From NCBI GenBank assembly GCA_026398235.1, contig JAPLTE010000040.1, positions 578 through 64,577 of the forward strand: 64,000 nt of DNA, written 5' to 3'. Below, piece after piece: positions 58,088 to 64,000 of the stretch. The first letter of the stretch is position 1; every line of letters begins with the position of its first letter. Below the pieces are notes generated by a model that saw only the letters and a program-made list of their open reading frames with translations, was not told the DNA's origin and ran no database searches. Source of the DNA: Verrucomicrobiota bacterium (GTDB taxonomy: Bacteria; Verrucomicrobiota; Verrucomicrobiia; Chthoniobacterales; Chthoniobacteraceae). The translations under genes and the position numbers were made by a program.

Positions 58088-59161
58088 TTAATCGCCAAAG
58101 GTGATGCCGACGGCTCGCGCCATTTGTACCATCTGGCTGTCGGGTTTGACCAACCGGAGCCGATGGACGGCTTCGGAAATGGAAACTTCGGTGACTTGGA
58201 AGTTTTGGTAGCTGACCATGTGGCCGAATTTGCCTTCCATGATTAACTGCACCGCCTTGACTCCGAACTGGGTTCCCAGAATGCGGTCCTTGGTGGTGGG
58301 TGCGCCGCCGCGCTGGACATGCCCCAGCACACAGGTGCGGGTTTCCTTGCCGGTGCGCTTGGCGATTTCGCGGGCGACTTGCTCGCCCATGCCGCCGAGC
58401 TTGTATTCGCCCGAACCGGTGACGTGCAACATCTGGCGACCGTCCTTGGGGCGCGCGCCTTCGGCTACAACGACCTGGGTGCTGTGGAGGCCGGCCTTTT
58501 CGCGGCGAAGGATCGCTTCGGCCACCCGGTCGAGATCGAAGGGGATCTCGGGAATCAGAATGATGCTGGCACCCCCGGCAAAGCCGCCGTGAAGGGCAAT
58601 CCACCCGGCATGCCGCCCCATCACTTCCGTCACCATCACGCGCTTGTGGCTCGCGGCGGTGGTGTGCAGACGGTCGAGGGAATCGGAAACACAGGCCACG
58701 GCGGAATCAAATCCGAATGTCGTTGCGGTGGCTTCCAAGTCGTTGTCAATGGATTTGGGAACGCCCACAGTCTTAAAGCCTTCCTCGAAAAGTTGCAGCG
58801 ATGTGGTGAGTGAACCGTCGCCCCCAATACAGATGAGTGCTTCGACCCCGAGCTTGGCAAGGGTGGCGCGGGACTCTTCGATCACCGCAGGCGGAACGGC
58901 CATTTTATCGCCGGTGCCTACCTTGGCCACGAAATGGCCTTTGTTGGTGGTGCCCAGAATGGTGCCGCCGAGGGCCATGATGTTGGTGGTGTTTTTGCGG
59001 TCCAACACCATGTAATCCCCGCCATTGAGCAGGCCTTCATACCCGTCTTTAAAACCTAAGACCTCCCAGCCTTGGGCTGTGGCGGCGCGCACCGCGCCTC
59101 GTAATACTGCGTTGAGTCCGGGGCAATCGCCGCCGCTTGTAAGGATGCCGATTCGTTTCAT
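58088..59161 (-). CDS. pfkA: 6-phosphofructokinase
   Basis: RIGILTSGGDCPGLNAV, ICIGGDGS, GVPKSIDNDL, MGRHAGWIAL. Confidence 0.95.
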   Translation of the reverse strand: MKRIGILTSGGDCPGLNAVLRGAVRAATAQGWEVLGFKDGYEGLLNGGDYMVLDRKNTTNIMALGGTILGTTNKGHFVAKVGTGDKMAVPPAVIEESRATLAKLGVEALICIGGDGSLTTSLQLFEEGFKTVGVPKSIDNDLEATATTFGFDSAVACVSDSLDRLHTTAASHKRVMVTEVMGRHAGWIALHGGFAGGASIILIPEIPFDLDRVAEAILRREKAGLHSTQVVVAEGARPKDGRQMLHVTGSGEYKLGGMGEQVAREIAKRTGKETRTCVLGHVQRGGAPTTKDRILGTQFGVKAVQLIMEGKFGHMVSYQNFQVTEVSISEAVHRLRLVKPDSQMVQMARAVGITFGD

Positions 59162-59164
59162 ATT

Positions 59165-60091
59165 CTATTTTTCCAGAGGTCTCCCCATCGAGGCCCATTG
59201 ATCGTAAAGGTTCCAACCATTGTCAAGCAGCCGCTTCGCGTCATTGAACCGGTCGGTGGACCCGAGGACGACCACGATGAGCCTACGAGGGGTCACAGTG
59301 TAGGAGCCGTCTGGATTTTGGATCGATTCCGGCGGGCGTGCTGCCGAAATGATCAGGCACTCGCCTGCACGTGAGCTTTTGCCGGTTTTCACGCCATCGA
59401 TGGCGTTGATCCCGAGTAATTCATTGGTGTTGACCAAGTTGTATTCCGCCGTTTTGCCGTTGGGCAGGTGGCGCGCGATCCGGCGCTCTTTCTGCGAAAC
59501 GTAAAAGCGGAAGGAGGAACGCTTCAAGGCCGCGCAGGTAAGGGTAACGAGGTCGCGTGCGGTGGAGTAGGGGGATTCGTGCGCGGTGTCGAGTCCATGG
59601 GGATTGAGGAAAGTCGTCCGGGTCATGCCCAGACTGCGCGCGAGGGCATTCATTTGGGCTACAAACAGATCCATCGGTTTTGCGACACTTTGGGCATTGC
59701 GCTGGAGATCCCGCCCGACGTGGTCCGCCAGGGTATAGGCGGCAATATTATCGCTCTGGACCAACATGGCGTAGAGGAGGTCGCGGATGGAGACTTGGTC
59801 TCCCGGCTGGAATCCGATGGGGTTGGCCGGATCGATGGCGCTCACTCCAAGGGGGATCGTGGCGAGATTTCCCGCGTTTTGCTTGCTCATATCCAGCCAA
59901 TCGAGCACCACCATGGCGGTGGCAATTTTCGTCAGGCTGGCAATCGGGAGCTTCTTGTTAGGTCTCTGGGCATCGAGGAGGTGGCCCGTCGTGGCGTCGG
60001 CGATGGCAAAAGCGGCGGGCTCCTGTGCAAAAACAGGCTGAGCGGATGCGAGAAGGCAGGTAAGAAAAAAAGCCGCGAATCTTGGGTGCAT
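59165..60091 (-). CDS. D-alanyl-D-alanine carboxypeptidase (peptidase S11, PBP5/6-like)
   Basis: Signal peptide. SxxK (ASLTKIAT), SxN (QSDNIAA), KTG (GVKTGKS). Confidence 0.9.
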   Translation of the reverse strand: MHPRFAAFFLTCLLASAQPVFAQEPAAFAIADATTGHLLDAQRPNKKLPIASLTKIATAMVVLDWLDMSKQNAGNLATIPLGVSAIDPANPIGFQPGDQVSIRDLLYAMLVQSDNIAAYTLADHVGRDLQRNAQSVAKPMDLFVAQMNALARSLGMTRTTFLNPHGLDTAHESPYSTARDLVTLTCAALKRSSFRFYVSQKERRIARHLPNGKTAEYNLVNTNELLGINAIDGVKTGKSSRAGECLIISAARPPESIQNPDGSYTVTPRRLIVVVLGSTDRFNDAKRLLDNGWNLYDQWASMGRPLEK

Positions 60092-60223
60092 GGCGGAATG
60101 AAGTCAGGCAGGATGCACATACAGGGGAAGGTTGGCAATGCCGGAGTTCGCCAAATTTCAGCCAGTTGCTGCTATTCCTCTATCGAGGCGGCAGCGGATG
60201 GCGGTCGCCCTGAAATGCCGATC

Positions 60224-60670
60224 TTAGTCATCTTTGGGACTCATGGGCCGGGAGATCGATATTATGTCGATCGAGCCGAGAATAAACCCGGCGGCCAAAG
60301 CATTGGTGAGCGAAAGCAGCACGAGCACATTCACCCCTTCTCCTCGCAGGGAAGGGCAGCGCCCGCTGGCTTCAGAGATAAAAAGCAGCAAGCCCACATC
60401 GAAACAGATGAGGAAACCCGCGAGAACGAACCTCGCCCAATCATGCCGGAACCAGATGGCGGTCAGCAAAACCGTATCCCAGAAAAGGGCAATCCAGAGG
60501 GCCCCGCAGTAGAAGGGAGCCAGCGAGCCGATCAGAGGGACCACTAAACCGGCGGCGCAATTCATCAACAACAAACAAAAATAGATTGTAAGGACCCACA
60601 TTCTTCCGGCGAAACGACTGCCGCGCTGGCGCTGCCATGTTTTCGAGGGCTTGGAAAGGGCGGACAGCAT
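60224..60670 (-). CDS. Hypothetical 4-TM membrane protein
   Basis: Hydrophobic segments WVLTIYFCLLLMNCAAGLVV, FYCGALWIALFWDTVLLTAIW, FVLAGFLICFDVGLLLFI, VLVLLSLTNALAAGFILG. No recognisable motif. Start uncertain. Confidence 0.5.
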   Translation of the reverse strand: MLSALSKPSKTWQRQRGSRFAGRMWVLTIYFCLLLMNCAAGLVVPLIGSLAPFYCGALWIALFWDTVLLTAIWFRHDWARFVLAGFLICFDVGLLLFISEASGRCPSLRGEGVNVLVLLSLTNALAAGFILGSIDIISISRPMSPKDD

Positions 60671-60925
60671 GAAACAGTTTTTTTGAGCGCTATTTGAGAT
60701 CGATGCAGGCCAGTGCTTTCTGTTTGCGGACATACAGGGGCCGGGCGTTTCTCTGGGCAACGACAGCGCAGGTCGCAGAGCAAATCAGGGAAAACAGGAA
60801 AGGACGCATAAGGCTTATGCTTAATGGCCTTTCTCCTTGGAGAAAGCAAGACGAAGTTCTGCTCCCTTTGCGCGCTTGGGCTGACAGGCTCTTTCTTTGC
60901 AAAAGAGCCGCAGCTTTGCAGAGGA

Positions 60926-62689
60926 CTACTCCGCCAAGCTGATAAACAGATTGCGGCCCTTGAACTTGATGCCGTTCAGTTTCTCCAGCACACGCGGGGC
61001 ATGTTCCCGGCCCACATCGACGTACGTCGTCCTGGCGAGGAGGCGAATGGCGCCGATCGATTCTTTGGGGATTTTCGCTAATCCCGCAATGACCCCCACG
61101 ACGTCGCCCGGGCTGATTTCGTGATCCCGTCCGGTGTTCATGGACAGCCGGACCATGCCCGGCTCATGCGAGACTTTGCTTGGTTCGACTTCGGCGTTGC
61201 GATCCCGTTTGTTCCGCGCTTTTCCAATGCGTTCGCTTAGATCGCCCGATTCTGCCGCGACGGCTTCGGCGGGACGCTTTTTCTTTTTGAATGGGTCAAC
61301 GCGCGATTCGGGCGCGGAGTCTTGGCGTCGCTCGGGGCGCTCCTCGCGGCGCGGAATGGTCATATTGGCCACAGGTTCCCGTTCTGTGGCAGGCCGCGCT
61401 TTTTCGCCGCCCGCAAGGTGGATCAACGCGGAGGCAATATCCGTTGGAGTATGGCCCTGGTCCAAAAGCTGGTCGATCAATTCATCATGCCGCCGGTAAT
61501 CGCCGCCTTCGAGTGTGTCGCGGATCAGATCATAAAAGGCGCTCGTGCGCTTTTGCTCCACTTCATCGGCGGAAGGGACGCGCGCCCGATGGATTTTGCC
61601 CTTGGTGGCGCGCATGATGTTTTGAAGCTTCCAGATTTCGCGTCCGGCGACAAAGGTGATGGCCTTGCCACTGCGCCCGGCCCGCCCCGTGCGGCCGATG
61701 CGGTGCACATAATCCTCGCTGTCTTGCGGAAGATCGTAGTTAAAAACAACCTCGATATCGTCCACGTCCACGCCGCGCGCCGCGACATCGGTGGCGACGA
61801 GGAATTCCAGCCCGCGCTTGCGGAATTTGGCCATGACGCGCTCCCGCATCGCCTGGGACATATCGCCGTGGAGTTTATCGGCGGCGTACCCGCGCGCCGT
61901 GAGATGTTCGGTCAACTCATCGACCATCATTTTGGTGGCGCAAAAGATGAGGCCGAATTTGATATCCTCAATGTCGATCAAGCGGCAGAGCACCTCGACT
62001 TTCGCGCGCCGATCCAGTTCGTAATAAACCTGCTCGATATTGGGGACGGTGAGCGCCTGGTCCTGGATGCGAATGTTGACCGGGTTGCGCGTGAAACTCT
62101 TCACCAACTGCTGGATCGGGCCGGGAAGGGTGGCCGAGAACATCACGGTCTGCCGTTCCGGCGGCATTTTGCTTAAAACGTTTTTGATGTCGTCGATAAA
62201 CCCCATGTCGAGCATCCGGTCGGCTTCATCCAGGATGACCATCTTGATTTGGTCGAGCTTGAGCGTGCCGCGGTCCATGTGATCCATCACGCGGCCCGGC
62301 GTGCCGATGACAATGTGCGCGCCGCGCTGGAGTCCCTGGAACTGGCGCTCGTACGATTGCCCGCCGTAGATCGGCAGTTCGCGCACGCCGCGTTTAAAGA
62401 AGGCGAGCTTGGAGACCTCCTCGGCGACCTGCACGGCGAGTTCGCGCGTGGGGCAGAGGATCAGCACCTGTGTGGCGCGAATCGCCGGGTCCACCAGCTC
62501 AATGGCGGGCAGGGCGAACGCGGCGGTTTTGCCCGAGCCTGTCTGGGATTGGCCGAAAACATCTGCTCCCTTGAGGAGGACGGGAATGGCTTCCGATTGG
62601 ATGGGCGAAGCCTCCTCGTATCCGACTCTGGCAACCGCCTTTAGTAGTTCAGGCGATAACCCAAGCTCGGTGAAAAGTTTCTTTTGCAT
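60926..62689 (-). CDS. deaD: DEAD-box ATP-dependent RNA helicase (DeaD/CsdA-like with DbpA-type C-terminal RNA-binding domain)
   Basis: Q-motif, SQTGSGKT, PTRELA, DEAD (VILDEADRM), SAT, ARGVDV, HRIGRTGRAG. Basic linker, then C-terminal RLSMNTGRDHEISPGDVVGVIAG... Confidence 0.95.
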   Translation of the reverse strand: MQKKLFTELGLSPELLKAVARVGYEEASPIQSEAIPVLLKGADVFGQSQTGSGKTAAFALPAIELVDPAIRATQVLILCPTRELAVQVAEEVSKLAFFKRGVRELPIYGGQSYERQFQGLQRGAHIVIGTPGRVMDHMDRGTLKLDQIKMVILDEADRMLDMGFIDDIKNVLSKMPPERQTVMFSATLPGPIQQLVKSFTRNPVNIRIQDQALTVPNIEQVYYELDRRAKVEVLCRLIDIEDIKFGLIFCATKMMVDELTEHLTARGYAADKLHGDMSQAMRERVMAKFRKRGLEFLVATDVAARGVDVDDIEVVFNYDLPQDSEDYVHRIGRTGRAGRSGKAITFVAGREIWKLQNIMRATKGKIHRARVPSADEVEQKRTSAFYDLIRDTLEGGDYRRHDELIDQLLDQGHTPTDIASALIHLAGGEKARPATEREPVANMTIPRREERPERRQDSAPESRVDPFKKKKRPAEAVAAESGDLSERIGKARNKRDRNAEVEPSKVSHEPGMVRLSMNTGRDHEISPGDVVGVIAGLAKIPKESIGAIRLLARTTYVDVGREHAPRVLEKLNGIKFKGRNLFISLAE

Positions 62690-62774
62690 TCAGGCTTGTA
62701 CGCCGGGGAGAGATCAGATGCGAGGATTATCAGAGGGAGGACAAGCAATTTGGGTGGGCTCGTTTTCTGCCGGG

Positions 62775-64000
62775 TTACGCCTCCACCAGCTCCATTGCTT
62801 CTTCTGCTGTTTCCTCCCCCGCGTCCGCCGGTTTGCCCTGGCGATCTTTGGCGAGGAATGTGTAGACGGCTGGCACAACGAAAAGGGTGAATGCCGTGCC
62901 AATAATCATACCGGTGATCAGCACGAGGCCGATGCTGTTACGGCAACCGGCTCCGGGCCCTTTGGCGAACACCAGGGGCAAGTGGCCCACCACGGTCGCC
63001 GTGGTGGTCATCAAAATGGGGCGCAACCGCGTGCCTGCGGCCTCGATGACGGCTTCCCATTTCGTGCGACCCTGTTCCTGCAACGTGTTGGCAAATTCGA
63101 CAATCAGAATGCCGTTCTTGGCAATCAGACCCACCAAAGTGATCAGCCCGATCTGGCTGTAGATATTGAGCGAAGTAAACCCGATAAATGTGAATAGAAG
63201 CGCACCGGAGAGAGCCAGCGGCACCGAACCGATCAGGATGATGAACGGATCGCGGAAGCTGTTAAACTGTGCGGCCAAGACGAGGAAGATCAGGATGAAG
63301 GAGAGCAACATCGTGAACGTGAGCTTGTCGCCTTCGAGCCGAAGCTGGCGGGCGCTGCCTGCGTAGTCGATCGTGAACCCTTTGGGCAGGATTTTTTCGC
63401 CTTCAGTTTCGAGCAGTTTCAGGGCCGTGTTGAGCGCGACCCCCGGCTTGATCACTCCGTAAATGCGCGCGCTGTTGAGTTGCTGGAAGCGCCCGTAAGC
63501 ACGCGGCTCGGTGGTTTGCTTGATGTTGGCGAAGGTCGAAAGCTGCACGAGCTTTCCGCCCGGGCCGCTGACGTAAAGCTCCTTGAGTTGGTCTGTGGTG
63601 AGACGCTCGGTGCGCTTGACCTGGGGGATCACCTTGTAGCTACGCCCCTGGATGCTGAACCGGTTAATATAATTGCCGCCGAGCAGCGTGCCGAGGTCGG
63701 CCCCCACTTGTTGCAGGTTGAGCCCGAGCGAAGCGACTTTCTCCCGGTCGAACACGACTTCCGCCTGTGGCAGATCGTATTTGAGGTCGGTATCGGCAAA
63801 GAAAAAGAGGCCGCTCTGGAAGGCTTTCGCAATCAGTTTATTGGCGAACTCGATCAACTGCGCCGGTTCGGCGGTGGAGGAGATGACGATTTCCAGCGGG
63901 AACTGGCTGCCCCCAGGGAGCGGTTCAGGCGTCATGGTGAGCAGTTTGATTCCAGGCACCGTTGCGGCCTTGGCGCTGAGATCGCGCTCCATCCCTTGCG
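62775..64000 (-). CDS. RND efflux transporter permease (AcrB/Mdt-like), C-terminal part; 5' end beyond window
   Basis: Porter subdomain plus TM8-12 pattern (FRDPFIILIGSVPLALSGALL..., GLITLVGLIAKNGILIVEFA, RLRPILMTTTATVVGHLPL). The frame stays open to the window edge. Confidence 0.92.
   Translation of the reverse strand, partial: QGMERDLSAKAATVPGIKLLTMTPEPLPGGSQFPLEIVISSTAEPAQLIEFANKLIAKAFQSGLFFFADTDLKYDLPQAEVVFDREKVASLGLNLQQVGADLGTLLGGNYINRFSIQGRSYKVIPQVKRTERLTTDQLKELYVSGPGGKLVQLSTFANIKQTTEPRAYGRFQQLNSARIYGVIKPGVALNTALKLLETEGEKILPKGFTIDYAGSARQLRLEGDKLTFTMLLSFILIFLVLAAQFNSFRDPFIILIGSVPLALSGALLFTFIGFTSLNIYSQIGLITLVGLIAKNGILIVEFANTLQEQGRTKWEAVIEAAGTRLRPILMTTTATVVGHLPLVFAKGPGAGCRNSIGLVLITGMIIGTAFTLFVVPAVYTFLAKDRQGKPADAGEETAEEAMELVEA

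Noticed and set aside
58083-58604. N-terminal 174 residues of the 333-aa track ORF 57603-58604
   Set aside because: This part overlaps pfkA in another frame and is Arg/Pro/Gly-rich. The Lrp/AsnC HTH begins at the internal Met (ATG 58082), giving a family-typical 159-aa protein.
1-64000. Search for phage-defence systems, toxin-antitoxin pairs, transposases, prophage or secondary-metabolite clusters
   Set aside because: I found no nuclease, methyltransferase, reverse-transcriptase, integrase or transposase-like translations. The lone small XRE gene has no toxin-like partner. HrpB and DeaD are housekeeping helicases in ordinary contexts.

Overview
GC-rich bacterial chromosomal segment. GC was judged by eye, not computed. 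Gene content (Bat/MoxR operon, PVM-type microcompartment, basic-tailed regulators) suggests a Verrucomicrobiota/Planctomycetota-like organism, but that is inference only. I can support about 60 protein genes, one tRNA-Ser and several structured repeats. Contents from left to right:

- **1-7323:** minus-strand MoxR-DUF58-DUF4381-BatA-BatB-BatD operon. BatD runs off the left edge.
- **7398-11851:** two two-component systems flanking tRNA-Ser(UGA).
- **11955-21417:** a lipoprotein, a CNNM/CorC-type pair, GH43, hrpB, aroB, purU and an LpxH-family phosphoesterase.
- **21780-27543:** exopolysaccharide export trio of beta-barrel OMP, Wza-like and Wzc-like proteins.
- **27789-45792 (centrepiece):** an L-rhamnose catabolic locus.
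  - rhaA-rhaT lie on the minus strand, followed by AraC and DeoR regulators.
  - An 18-gene plus-strand string follows. It encodes a bacterial microcompartment (3 BMC-H, 3 BMC-P, PduL, AckA, acylating aldehyde dehydrogenase, class II aldolase, LDH/MDH-family dehydrogenase), then rhaB, a tandem-domain aldolase and lutABC.
  - This matches the known Planctomycetes-Verrucomicrobia (PVM) fucose/rhamnose BMC type.
  - Unexplained details: three structured intercistronic repeats, a 33-bp terminal-inverted-repeat element in the divergent promoter region, an MDH-like specificity residue, and a degenerate second aldolase domain.
- **45895-64000 (rest):**
  - DegT aminotransferase, a Met-rich secreted protein and a BASS-like transporter.
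  - Two paralogous Cys-rich lipoproteins behind an Rrf2-regulated SsuABC-like transporter.
  - nadA, rsmI, an XRE-family gene, comF, folC, lrp, pfk, a D-Ala-D-Ala carboxypeptidase and a DEAD-box helicase.
  - The 3' part of an RND efflux pump gene, which runs off the right edge.

I saw no prophage, integrase, transposase, CRISPR or recognisable defence system. Many long ORFs in the track are antisense shadows of real genes in GC-rich DNA.
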